Shown in pieces: positions 26,563 through 35,724 of a DNA stretch of 64,000 bases. The stretch spans positions 68,469-132,468 of the forward strand of contig CAZPSH010000002.1 of the NCBI GenBank assembly GCA_964589625.1, in the 5' to 3' direction. This DNA is from an uncultured Thermoanaerobaculia bacterium (GTDB taxonomy: Bacteria > Acidobacteriota > UBA4820 > DSQY01). Within the stretch, counting starts at the first letter, position 1. Each line of letters begins with the position of its first letter. The notes below the pieces were generated by a model. That model saw only the letters and a program-made list of their open reading frames with translations, made no database searches and was not told where the DNA came from. The position numbers were made by a program, and so were the translations under genes.

Positions 26563-26796
26563 TCAATAGGCGAAGTAGTGGTACAGGGTGCCGTGGACGC
26601 GCATCTCGATGGCCACGTCGGGGCAGGTGATGCAGCAAAGGCGGCACCCGATGCAGCGCTTCTGCTCCTGCATCCTCGCGTAGAAATAGCCCTTGGAGTT
26701 GATGTCCCGGGCCATTCCGAGGATCTTCTGGGGGCAGGCCTGCACGCAGAGTTCGCACCCCTTGCAGCGTTCGGGGTCGATCACGATTTGGGGCAC
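26563..26796 (-). CDS. porD: 2-oxoacid:ferredoxin oxidoreductase delta subunit (2x[4Fe-4S] ferredoxin)
   Basis: GTG start preceded by AAGGAG (7 nt); VPQIVIDPERCKGCELCVQACP ... CIGCRLCCITCP; 77 aa. Confidence 0.7.
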   Translation of the reverse strand: MPQIVIDPERCKGCELCVQACPQKILGMARDINSKGYFYARMQEQKRCIGCRLCCITCPDVAIEMRVHGTLYHYFAY

Positions 26797-26876
26797 GCGG
26801 GACTCCTTATCAATCTGCCGCGGGGCGGGTCTGCCGCGGCCTGTGCTGTCTGGCGCCGGCCCGCGCCGGGGCCTCG

Positions 26877-27641
26877 TCAGCCCACCACGAAGAGCGGCCC
26901 GACGGTCCTCTGGGTGCGGTCGGACTCGAAGGGCGGCTTCACGAATCTCCTCACGGGAAGCACCGGACAGCCCGGGTTTCCCTTCTCCACTTCCTCCGCC
27001 AGCTCCAGGGGCGCGGCCACGGCACGGACCTCCAAGGAGAGGCTCCTGCCGACCTCCCGGGCCAGACGCAGGCCGTCCAGGATCACCTCCGCCGTGGATT
27101 CGCCCATGAGGTGGGTGTTGGAGAGAAGCCCCGTGGTCTTCAGCCGGGACGTCGCCTCGATCTCGCGGGCCATGGACACGGCCGAGGTCACATCGGGGGT
27201 GAAGGGCCTGCGAAAGTTGAGCACGATCAGGAGGTCCGTCTCCGACTCCGGAACGGCGTCGCTCACGGAGGCCAGCGCACGGACCCCCGTTTCGTCGCCC
27301 CCCGCGTCGATGAGAACCTTCCGGGTCGGGTCTTGGAGCCGCGTCCGGACCTGGGGCAGGACAATGGGCAGATCGGAGGAGAAGTACTCGCCCATGGGAG
27401 CCACCAGTTCCACGTTCGCGGCGGACAGGATGTCCCGTGCGGACCTCGACCGCAGGTACGGCTTCACCACGTCCAGGTCGAGGAGGGACACGGGAAACCC
27501 GGCGCCCGCCAGTTCCATGGCGGCGGACAGGGTGATCTCCGTCTTGCCGCTGCCGAAGTGGCCGCACAGGATCGTGACCCGTCGCGAAAACACGCGGGCG
27601 AAGGTTTCGCCCGCCGGACGGACTTTTAGAACCTGCCCCAT
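26877..27641 (-). CDS. P-loop NTPase of unknown function
   Basis: Start MGQVLKVRPAG; Walker A GHFGSGKTE; ~254 aa; upstream 84 codons of ORF are Pro/Arg-rich junk. Confidence 0.45.
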   Translation of the reverse strand: MGQVLKVRPAGETFARVFSRRVTILCGHFGSGKTEITLSAAMELAGAGFPVSLLDLDVVKPYLRSRSARDILSAANVELVAPMGEYFSSDLPIVLPQVRTRLQDPTRKVLIDAGGDETGVRALASVSDAVPESETDLLIVLNFRRPFTPDVTSAVSMAREIEATSRLKTTGLLSNTHLMGESTAEVILDGLRLAREVGRSLSLEVRAVAAPLELAEEVEKGNPGCPVLPVRRFVKPPFESDRTQRTVGPLFVVG

Positions 27642-27807
27642 GCGGGCCGCGCGCGATTCGTCCACCGTCGTGTGCCTCTCCGGCCGGAAAGCGGCCTCGA
27701 AGAAGGTGTCCAATATAGTCCGCGGCGGCCCAGGGTCAAAAACCGCGCGCGGGTCCCCATGGGCAGGAAGGGCCAAATGCCCCACACGCCGTCCGGCTTT
27801 GGCTCTG

Positions 27808-29097
27808 TTAGCGGGGCGGGGCGGGAAGGGTGAAGGAGAGGACGAATCCCCGGCCCTCCCGGGCGATCCCCGCCAGGACTCGGGTGGCGCCATCCGAGCG
27901 GAAGGCGCACAGGCAGGTGGCGACGGCCTCCAACGGGGGCGAGATCCAGACCCTCTCCCAGATCCTTCCGTCGACCAGGTCGAAGGCTTCGATCCGGGGG
28001 GAAGTTCCCCCCGTGGAAACGAAAAGGGTGGAACCGGCGGCGGCCAGGGCGCCGGCGCCTTCCGCGGGCCCTGGGATTCGGGCCAGGTCGGAGCCGCGCA
28101 CGGCCGTCGTGTTCCCGCCGGGATCCAGCAGGAGAAAGTAAGTGCCGCCCGGTCCCACGGCTTTCACCATCTGGACGAAAGAGCCCAAGTCCCTTCCGGC
28201 GTAGTCAAAAAGGAGGAACGCTCCGGCCTCGGCGTCCCACTGGGCGGAGAGGAATTGGGACGTCCGTGGGCCCATGGGGAATCCTTCGATCTTGCCGCCC
28301 GGCGCGAACATCCCGCCGCTTCCCCTCGCGAACCAGCGGCTATCGGATGTTTCCGGTTCCAAGAGGGCAAGCCGCGCAGGGTCGGCCTCGTCCCAGACGA
28401 GGCCGGCGGCGCCAGGCGAGGCCTCTTGGTTCCAGCGTTGCAGGACCGTTCCGTCGGCCGGGTCCGTGCGGAGGAGGTCCCGGTTTCCCAGAATCCAAAG
28501 CCGGGCCGGAGGCCCTGCTTCCCAGGCCAGTGCCCGGATGGGCCCTTCGATGGTGGCGATGACCGAACCCGTCTCCGCGGGCGCCGCGGTTCGGGTCGGG
28601 GCCCGGAAAACCAGGGGGGGCCGGATCTCGAAGCGGAGGGTGGCCAAGCCCGGGCCTTTTCGAAGTTCCACGTGGAGGGACCTCAGGGCGCCCTCCGGGG
28701 TGCTTTCCGGGGACAGCCAAACGAGGGAGGAAAACGAAGCGGGATCGAGCTGAGAGTAGGCTTCCGGCGCCCCGCCCGCGGTGACGCCCAGTTCGGCGAG
28801 CGTCAGCGCCTTGGGAAGGCTCCTGGCCAGGTCCGCGCCCAAGGTCGCGAGGCTGGGCTCCTCCGGGTTCCAACCGACGGCCGTGGGGTTCGATTGGGTT
28901 CCGTTGATCCGACCGAGCAGTTCCCTCGCCAGGGCGCGGGCTACGGCAGGGGTTCCCCCCTCGGAGCTCAAAACGGTGGAAGGCGCCTCGGGTCTTTCGG
29001 CGGGCGGAGTAGAGGGAGGAATTCGGACGCCGGCCGGGGCGCACCCGAGGAGGAGCGCGGAGGCGGCCGCCGCGATCCATGCGGAGGCGGGCTTCAC
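27808..29097 (-). CDS. lipoprotein, unknown function (possible beta-propeller)
   Basis: Signal peptide + lipobox ALLLGC; 429 aa; no recognisable catalytic motif. Confidence 0.45.
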   Translation of the reverse strand: MKPASAWIAAAASALLLGCAPAGVRIPPSTPPAERPEAPSTVLSSEGGTPAVARALARELLGRINGTQSNPTAVGWNPEEPSLATLGADLARSLPKALTLAELGVTAGGAPEAYSQLDPASFSSLVWLSPESTPEGALRSLHVELRKGPGLATLRFEIRPPLVFRAPTRTAAPAETGSVIATIEGPIRALAWEAGPPARLWILGNRDLLRTDPADGTVLQRWNQEASPGAAGLVWDEADPARLALLEPETSDSRWFARGSGGMFAPGGKIEGFPMGPRTSQFLSAQWDAEAGAFLLFDYAGRDLGSFVQMVKAVGPGGTYFLLLDPGGNTTAVRGSDLARIPGPAEGAGALAAAGSTLFVSTGGTSPRIEAFDLVDGRIWERVWISPPLEAVATCLCAFRSDGATRVLAGIAREGRGFVLSFTLPAPPR

Positions 29098-30479
29098 GGG
29101 GTCCTCCCCGCGTACTCCGAGAGGCGGCGCGCCACGTCACGCTCGTCGCCTGGCAAGAGCGTGCGAAGGTGGATCAAGATCCGGCCTTCCGACGTCTGGG
29201 TCACCACCGGCGGGTCGCCGCCCGTGCGGAGGTGGCGTTCGAGGCTTTCGGGGTCCCCGAACCGGGGGACCACGGCCATGGCGGGAGAGGGAAGGGCCGT
29301 GAGGGGCGCCGAACCGGCTCCCGTGCGGCCCTCCGCTTCGACCACCTCCAGGCGGAACCGGCCGGGGCAGGCCTTCGACACGCGGCGCAGGAGCGCCCTG
29401 GCCCGCCGTCTCAGCTCCCCCGCCTCCCTGTCGAGGAGGGCCAGGGCCGGGACCTCCTTTCGCCTCCCCCGGCGGTACCGGTCCACCACCGCGGCGAGCA
29501 GCGAGTAGGTCACCTTGTCCACCCGGAGGGCCCTCAAAAGGGGGTTGGAGCGGAAGGCCGACACGCGTTCCGGAGCCACCAGGAGGATTCCCGCTTGGCA
29601 GGCCCCGAAGAGCTTGTCGCCGCTGAAGCAGAGCGCGTCGGGGCGGGCGGCGAGGGCCGAGGTCACCGGCGGCTCATCGGGCAGGCGCGAGCCGGCGACG
29701 GGGTCCACCAGGCCCGATCCAAGGTCGAAGCCGACGGGCATACCCAGCTCGCGGCCCAACTCCACGAGGCTCTCCAGGCTCACTTCTTCCGTGAAGCCGA
29801 GGATCCGGTAGTTGGACGTGTGGACCTTCAGCATGAGGGCGCTCTGGGGGCCGGCGGCGCGACGGTAGTCGGAGAGGCGCGTGCGGTTGGTGGTGCCCAC
29901 CTCCCTCAAGAGGGCCCCCGAGGCCTTCATGACCTCGGGCATGCGGAAGCCCCCCCCGATTTCCACGAGTTCGCCCCGGCTCACCAGGGTCTCGCGGCCC
30001 GAGGAAAGCGTGTTCAGGAGGAGCAGGGTGGCCGCCGCGTTGTTGTTCACGACCACCACGCCGTACTCCGTGTCGAACAGGCCCTGAAAGGCGCGCTCCA
30101 GCGCAGCGTCCCGGTGGCCACGGTGGCCGGCTTCCAGGTCCATTTCCAGGTCCACGTATCCCCCGAGGACCCCTTCGATTTCCCGAAGGAGCGGCCGGGA
30201 AAGGGGGGCCCTGCCGAGGTTTGTATGGAGGACAACGCCCGTGGCGTTGACGACCCGGCGGAGGGGCGGGCGGAAGGTCTCCGCCAGACGGAGGGCGGCC
30301 TCTCGGATCACGTCTTCGGGGCGGGGGACCTCGCCTGAATTCCTCCAGCGCGCCACGCCGCCATCGAGAGTCTGGCGCAGAGCCCGCTTCGTCTCGGCAG
30401 GGCCGTACTCCCGGGCCAGGTCCAGGGCGGCCGGCTCGGCAAGGAGCCGATCCATCCGGGGCGGGCGTTCCGGGATCAT
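29094..30479 (-). CDS. selA: L-seryl-tRNA(Sec) selenium transferase
   Basis: Start MIPERPP (ATGA overlap with upstream HAD gene); 461 aa; PLP-lysine region FSGDKLFGACQAGIL and SelA-like N-terminal architecture. Confidence 0.75.
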   Translation of the reverse strand: MIPERPPRMDRLLAEPAALDLAREYGPAETKRALRQTLDGGVARWRNSGEVPRPEDVIREAALRLAETFRPPLRRVVNATGVVLHTNLGRAPLSRPLLREIEGVLGGYVDLEMDLEAGHRGHRDAALERAFQGLFDTEYGVVVVNNNAAATLLLLNTLSSGRETLVSRGELVEIGGGFRMPEVMKASGALLREVGTTNRTRLSDYRRAAGPQSALMLKVHTSNYRILGFTEEVSLESLVELGRELGMPVGFDLGSGLVDPVAGSRLPDEPPVTSALAARPDALCFSGDKLFGACQAGILLVAPERVSAFRSNPLLRALRVDKVTYSLLAAVVDRYRRGRRKEVPALALLDREAGELRRRARALLRRVSKACPGRFRLEVVEAEGRTGAGSAPLTALPSPAMAVVPRFGDPESLERHLRTGGDPPVVTQTSEGRILIHLRTLLPGDERDVARRLSEYAGRTP

Positions 30480-31183
30480 GGCACTCCCCCCTCTTCCACA
30501 GCGTCGCAGAGCGCCCCGGGGTCTCCCAAACTGGGGAGGAGTGCGTCGGGGGCCAGCGCCCCCAAGACATCGAGAGGGGTGTGGCCCGTGGCGACGGCGG
30601 CGCACCGAACGCCGGCGGTCCGGGCCGCGCGAATGTCCCTCTCGGAGTCCCCGACGATCCAGACGGAGGCCGGAGGGAATTCCTTCCCGAAGTGCCGGCG
30701 GCACCGTTCCAGGGCCACGGGAACGAGGCCGGGGCGGTCAACGGCGTCTTCCCCGAAGGCGCCCAGCAGGACGCTTCCTCCGTTCCGGAAGAAGGCGTCG
30801 AGGCCGGCGGCGCGGAGTTTCACGAGGGCCCCGCCGCGCACGTTCCCCGTGAGAAGGGCCAGGTGGTGCCCACGCTGGAGACAGCGCTCGAGGGCTGCAG
30901 GGAGGCCATCGCAGCGGCACTGGTCTGACGGGGGAAAGGGCTCGCTCGAGAGGAGCTCCACGTATGCCCCGAGAAGACGTTGGAGGACCAGCGGGTCGGG
31001 CGTCACGTTCAGCGAGGAGAGCGTCCTGCGGGCGATCTCCACGTCGAGCAGCCCGTCGTAGGAGAAAGGGGCCGGGTCCACGGGGGCGCCGAACACCGTC
31101 TCGAGAGCAGCGAGAAAGGACTTGCGGCCCAGACCGAGGGGCCGCACGAGGGTGCCGTCCACGTCGAAGAGCAGAAGGGCCAT
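30476..31183 (-). CDS. HAD-superfamily hydrolase (phosphoglycolate phosphatase-like)
   Basis: Motif I FDVDGTL at N-terminus, motif IV VGDSERDIRAARTAG. Confidence 0.7.
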   Translation of the reverse strand: MALLLFDVDGTLVRPLGLGRKSFLAALETVFGAPVDPAPFSYDGLLDVEIARRTLSSLNVTPDPLVLQRLLGAYVELLSSEPFPPSDQCRCDGLPAALERCLQRGHHLALLTGNVRGGALVKLRAAGLDAFFRNGGSVLLGAFGEDAVDRPGLVPVALERCRRHFGKEFPPASVWIVGDSERDIRAARTAGVRCAAVATGHTPLDVLGALAPDALLPSLGDPGALCDAVEEGGVP

Positions 31184-31502
31184 GGAGCCTCCCCGAAACC
31201 CAGTCTAGCCGGAGGAGTCCGCGACGGCAAATGGGGGATCGGCGCCGGAGGCGCCTGTGGGGCCTTTGGGGAAGCGGGGCAACAGCCTGCCAGTGTGGCG
31301 AGTCAGAAGTTCGATGGCGAATGGACCTTCGCCACACGGCGGGTGGGGGTCCGGGGGAGGCGCCGCCGCGCCTTCCCCGGTAGGGCGCGCGGGGAGGGCA
31401 GGCGGATTGCGCGGCCTGAGGCCGCCGTCCGCAAGCCGCATGGCCTTCCCCGCGAAGTGTCCCGAGGCGGACGTATCGTGCGTGAAGTTCCGATTCGGGA
31501 CA

Positions 31503-33437
31503 CTAGAAGGCCTCCTTGCGGAATTCCTCGGCGGTCGTCAGCCCCTCCCGGATGGCCTTGAGGGCCCGCTGGCGAAGGGAGATCATTCCCGCCTTCTGGG
31601 CCTCCCGCTCGAGGGTCTTTTCGGCGGGTCCCTTGGCGAGCGCCTTCCGGAAAGCGGGCGAGGGCGTTAGCAGCTCAAAGAGGGCCATCCGGCCCCTGTA
31701 GCCGATGCCCGAGCAATCGCCGCAACCCTGCCCCTGCAGGCCGTGGCCGAGGTCCCTGGACTCCTCCGGGGTGAGGCCCATCATCCGAAGCGAATTCTCG
31801 GAAAAGGTGACGGGTGCGGCGCACAGCGGGCAGTTTTTCCGGAGCAGCCTTTGGTTCAGGACGAGCAGGAGGTGCTGGGCCAGGTCCGCCGGGGAGAGCC
31901 CCGAGGAGATCACCTGGGCGAGGGCGCGGACGGCGCCGGCCGATTCGAGGGTCGCGACCACGAGCATCTGGCCCATGAGTTTCTGGACCTGGCCGATCAT
32001 GGAAGCGGTGTCCAGGACGTCGGCCAGAACGCAAACGTCCGGCTGGATGCTGGAGAGCGCCTTCATCGTGGTGAGGGTGGCCTCCGCGTCCTGGGTGTCC
32101 CCCAGGGAAATCTGCGAGACGTTGGGGACCGGGCAGACGCTCTGGGCCTCGATGCTGATGACCTTTCGACCGCTCTCCGCGGCCAGTTCACTCATGACGG
32201 CGTAGAGGGTGGTGGTGCACCCGTGGAACAGGGGCGCGCTGATGAGAACCAGCCCGCGCTTGGCGCCGAGGGCCGCACGGAGCGAGACCATGTCGTCGGC
32301 GGGGATCCCGAGTTGCTCGAAGGACTTCAGGAAGGTGTCGCGGTTGATGATCTTCAAGGAGATGTTCTCTCCGGACCGCGTGGGGAGGCTGTGGGCGATC
32401 ACGTCGTAGCGGTGCTCCCCCGAACGCATGACCACGCGTCCGGCCTGGGGGCGATCGGACACCGCCGTATCCAGCCTCAGGAGCTTCTTGAGCTCCAGCG
32501 TCAGCGTCTCCTGAAGCTCGCGCCCCACGGGTTTGGCCTTGTAGAGAAGCCCGTCGATGCGGAGGTGGATGGAAACCTCCTCCTCGCGGGGCTCCACGTA
32601 GAGGTCGGAGGCGCCTCGGGCGATGGCCTTGCGGATGAGGTCCGTGGCCAAGCGCGGTCCGCGAGCAGAATCCTTGGAGGATCCGGAGGCGTCGCCCTCG
32701 CCGCCGGCTTGGAAGGGAAGGAGGAAGGACTCGATCTCTTCCCGGGGGGCCTGGACGGCCAGGACCTGTGAGGCCGTGGCGTTTTGAACGAATTCCACGG
32801 TCTCTCCGTCGGCTGGATTGGCCATGGCGAGCGTGAGGAGGTCCCGTCCGCTCAAGTGTTCCCGGCTCACAGGAACCACCAGGCGCCGCAGGCACTCGGC
32901 GGCGCCGATGGAAGAAACGAGCATGGGGTCGGGAGGGGTATCTCGGAAGGAGATCTGCATCACCGATCGCTGGCTGGACAGGAAGGCGTCGAGGGTGCCC
33001 TGGGTCAGATGCCCCATCGCCACCAGGATCTCGCCGATCTTCCCGCCCTCCTGCCGCTGGCGCTTCAGGGCCTGAAGGAGCTGATCCGAGGTGATGACCC
33101 TGGCGCGGATCAGGGCCTCTCCGAGTGGGCCCCGCGCGCCGGCCAGCATCTCCCGATCCGTTACGACCGACTCCGGCGCACCGGCCCAGAACCGTTCGTG
33201 GTACTCCTCCGGCGCGGCGCAAAAGCACTGGAGGCAGAAGGGGCAGACCTTGGTGGGCCGGTTGGGGTTGCACGAGCACCACACGGCCGTCAGGGCGTCG
33301 TAATCCCCGAGGCAGTTCCAACACCGGACCGGATGTTCCGCCACGTCGACCTCCCAGATCTGGCAGAAGTGTAGGGCATGGCGCCCGGCTTCCGCAACCG
33401 TCCGAATCGGCCCGAAGGCTCGGTTGACCGCCTCCAA
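31503..33437 (-). CDS. GspE/PilB-family secretion ATPase homolog with degenerate catalytic motifs (pseudo-ATPase), N-terminal Cys-rich Zn-finger-like region and MshEN/T2SSE_N-like domain
   Basis: Walker A region reads [19 protein letters not shown] (consensus GLILVTGPTGSGKSTTLYA: Lys and Gly lost); Walker B/Asp box VLADVLDTA; His box ATLESA (His->Glu); retains C-terminal CPLC...CGDC; N-term [24 protein letters not shown] resembles c-di-GMP-binding MshEN motif. Confidence 0.75.
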   Translation of the reverse strand: MEAVNRAFGPIRTVAEAGRHALHFCQIWEVDVAEHPVRCWNCLGDYDALTAVWCSCNPNRPTKVCPFCLQCFCAAPEEYHERFWAGAPESVVTDREMLAGARGPLGEALIRARVITSDQLLQALKRQRQEGGKIGEILVAMGHLTQGTLDAFLSSQRSVMQISFRDTPPDPMLVSSIGAAECLRRLVVPVSREHLSGRDLLTLAMANPADGETVEFVQNATASQVLAVQAPREEIESFLLPFQAGGEGDASGSSKDSARGPRLATDLIRKAIARGASDLYVEPREEEVSIHLRIDGLLYKAKPVGRELQETLTLELKKLLRLDTAVSDRPQAGRVVMRSGEHRYDVIAHSLPTRSGENISLKIINRDTFLKSFEQLGIPADDMVSLRAALGAKRGLVLISAPLFHGCTTTLYAVMSELAAESGRKVISIEAQSVCPVPNVSQISLGDTQDAEATLTTMKALSSIQPDVCVLADVLDTASMIGQVQKLMGQMLVVATLESAGAVRALAQVISSGLSPADLAQHLLLVLNQRLLRKNCPLCAAPVTFSENSLRMMGLTPEESRDLGHGLQGQGCGDCSGIGYRGRMALFELLTPSPAFRKALAKGPAEKTLEREAQKAGMISLRQRALKAIREGLTTAEEFRKEAF

Positions 33438-33555
33438 GGGCCCCGACTATACTGAAAAGCCAGGATCGAGTCGGCTGGCCGCCCGCCAGGGGGGATTCCC
33501 GGCGGGTGTCCGCCGCAGTTTCGGCACGGGACCCAGAGACCGAGGAGGTGTCGCA

Positions 33556-34977
33556 GTGGCCACGTTCAAGAACGTCACACCGCCGGCGCAGGGCAGGCCC
33601 ATCACCATGGAGGCCGGAGAGCTGAAGGTTCCCGACAATCCCATCCTCCCCTTCATCGAGGGGGACGGAACGGGCCCCGACATTTGGAGGGCCTCCCAGC
33701 GCGTCCTGGATGCGGCGGTGGAAACCGCCTACGGCGGAAAGAAGAAGATCGCATGGATGGAGGTCTACGCGGGGGAAAAGGCCTTCATGAAGTTCAACGA
33801 GTGGCTCCCCGAAGACACGGTGGAGGCCTTCAAGCAGTACCTGGTGGGCATCAAGGGCCCTCTCACCACGCCCATCGGCGGCGGCATCCGCTCTCTGAAC
33901 GTGGCCCTCCGCCAGCTCCTGGACCTGTACGTCTGCCTGCGCCCCGTGAAGTACTTCAAGGGCGTCCCCAGCCCGGTCAAGGCCCCGGAGAAGGTGGACA
34001 TGGTCATCTTCCGGGAAAACACCGAGGACATCTACGCGGGCATCGAGTGGAAGGCCTACAGCCCCGAGGTCAAAAAGGTCATCGAGTTCCTCCAGAAGGA
34101 GATGGGCGTCAAGAAGATCCGGTTCCCGGAAACGTCCGGCATCGGAATCAAGCCCGTGTCCGAGGAGGGCTCCAAGCGGCTCTGCCGGGCCGCCATCCAG
34201 TACGCCCTCAAGCACGGCCGAAGGAGCGTGAACATCACCCACAAGGGCAACATCCAGAAGTTTACCGAGGGCGCCTTCAAGGACTGGGGCTATGAGGTGG
34301 CCGCCAAGGAATTCCGGGACCAGACCGTGACCCAGCGGGAATCCTGGATCCTTGGCAACAAGGAGCACGACCCCAACCTTGGAGACGAGGAGAACGCCCG
34401 CATGATCGAGCCGGGCCTCGACATGTTCGCGCCCGACAAGAAGGCCGAGATCGTCAAGGAGGTCGCGGACACGCTCAAGCTCTGGCCCACGCACGGCGAC
34501 GGGAAGTGGAAGAAGAAACTCATGATCAAGGACACCATCGCCGACATCACCCTCCAACAGACCCTGACCCGGGCCGACGAGTTCGACGTCATCGCCACGC
34601 TGAACCTCAACGGGGACTACCTCTCGGACGCCCTCGCGGCCCAGGTGGGCGGCATCGGCATCGCGCCCGGCGGCAACATCAACTACGTGACCGGGCACGC
34701 GGTCTTCGAGGCTACCCACGGCACGGCGCCCAAGTACGCCAACCTGGACAAGGTGAACCCCGGCTCCGTCATTCTCTCCGGCGAAATGATGTTCCGCTTC
34801 CTGGGCTGGAACGAGGCCGCCGACCTCCTGATCCGGGGCATCGAAGGCGCCATCGCCGCCCACACGGTCACCTACGACTTTGCTCGGCTGATGAAGGCCG
34901 AGGGCCTGAAGGACGTCAAGGAACTGAAGTGCTCCGAATTCGGCGACGCCATCATCGCCCACATGAAGAAGCAGTGA
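33556..34977 (+). CDS. icd: NADP-dependent isocitrate dehydrogenase (dimeric, E. coli Icd type)
   Basis: GTG start 7 nt after GAGGAGG; near-colinear with E. coli Icd ([61 protein letters not shown]). Confidence 0.9.
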   Translation: MATFKNVTPPAQGRPITMEAGELKVPDNPILPFIEGDGTGPDIWRASQRVLDAAVETAYGGKKKIAWMEVYAGEKAFMKFNEWLPEDTVEAFKQYLVGIKGPLTTPIGGGIRSLNVALRQLLDLYVCLRPVKYFKGVPSPVKAPEKVDMVIFRENTEDIYAGIEWKAYSPEVKKVIEFLQKEMGVKKIRFPETSGIGIKPVSEEGSKRLCRAAIQYALKHGRRSVNITHKGNIQKFTEGAFKDWGYEVAAKEFRDQTVTQRESWILGNKEHDPNLGDEENARMIEPGLDMFAPDKKAEIVKEVADTLKLWPTHGDGKWKKKLMIKDTIADITLQQTLTRADEFDVIATLNLNGDYLSDALAAQVGGIGIAPGGNINYVTGHAVFEATHGTAPKYANLDKVNPGSVILSGEMMFRFLGWNEAADLLIRGIEGAIAAHTVTYDFARLMKAEGLKDVKELKCSEFGDAIIAHMKKQ

Positions 34978-35003
34978 GCCGCGTGCGATTCTGGGGCGCG
35001 GGG

Positions 35004-35711
35004 ATGTTTCTCGTCCTCGCGCCCCTTTCGATTCTCGCATTCGGGCCCGCGGCCCAGCGCCGGGCCGCCGAGGCGGCTCTCCGCCTGAGCCCGGCCGCGC
35101 TCCGCTCGGTTCTCCTGTCCCACCGTCCGGAACTCGACCGGGGCATGGCGGAGACCTTTGCCGAACTGGAGGGCGCCTCCGAAGAGGCCCTCGTGGCGGC
35201 GCTGGAACGAGAGGCCTCCCTTCCTCGGAAGCTCGCGGAGGAAAGGGCCCCCTTTTCCCGGGTGGCGTTCCATTTTGGCCGGGCCGCCGGCATCGCGCTC
35301 CTTCTGAACGATCCCGTCTCCTTCGGTGCGGACCCCCGCCTGGGGTCCGTGCGGGCGGACTACGATCGCTACGTGGATCGGAAGCTCCCCCTCCTCGTGC
35401 TGTCCTTCGACGGCTGGGACACGCCCGCCATGGAAGACGACCTGAAGGCCTACTTCCAGGAGAGGCGCGCCTCGTCGGCCCGGTACCGCGAGGCCCTGCT
35501 TACCTGTTACTATCCCGGTGGGAAAAGGGTCTCCTCCGACACCTTCGACGACCGGTCGAACGCGTTCGGTGTGGCCCAGATCGCGCTTTCCCACGCCGCG
35601 TCGGACGCGGCGAAAACGTGGCGGAGGATGTGGGCCGCCATGGACGGAGACCTCGCCGCCACACCCTTCGCGGGGGCGGAACGCACCACCGCGGCGGCCG
35701 GCGCGCCGTGA
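35004..35711 (+). CDS. hypothetical secreted protein
   Basis: N-terminal hydrophobic signal MFLVLAPLSILAFGPAA; 235 aa; no recognised motif; antisense 381-aa ORF is junk. Confidence 0.4.
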   Translation: MFLVLAPLSILAFGPAAQRRAAEAALRLSPAALRSVLLSHRPELDRGMAETFAELEGASEEALVAALEREASLPRKLAEERAPFSRVAFHFGRAAGIALLLNDPVSFGADPRLGSVRADYDRYVDRKLPLLVLSFDGWDTPAMEDDLKAYFQERRASSARYREALLTCYYPGGKRVSSDTFDDRSNAFGVAQIALSHAASDAAKTWRRMWAAMDGDLAATPFAGAERTTAAAGAP

Positions 35712-35724
35712 TACGGAGAGTGCC

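Noticed and set aside
26297-26758. 153-aa ORF and 72-aa ORF (26331..26549) in the porD-porA gap as small proteins
   Set aside because: They are translations of the dispersed GC-rich repeat. The same peptide-like string appears from the second repeat copy on the opposite strand (19487..19720), which indicates nucleotide-level, not protein-level, conservation.
31184-31502. tRNA-Sec (selC) or other ncRNA in the 320-bp gap upstream of the HAD-selA operon
   Set aside because: No TCA-anticodon loop (CTTCAAAT) or 8-bp acceptor/long variable arm pattern was found on either strand. The region is just GC-rich spacer.
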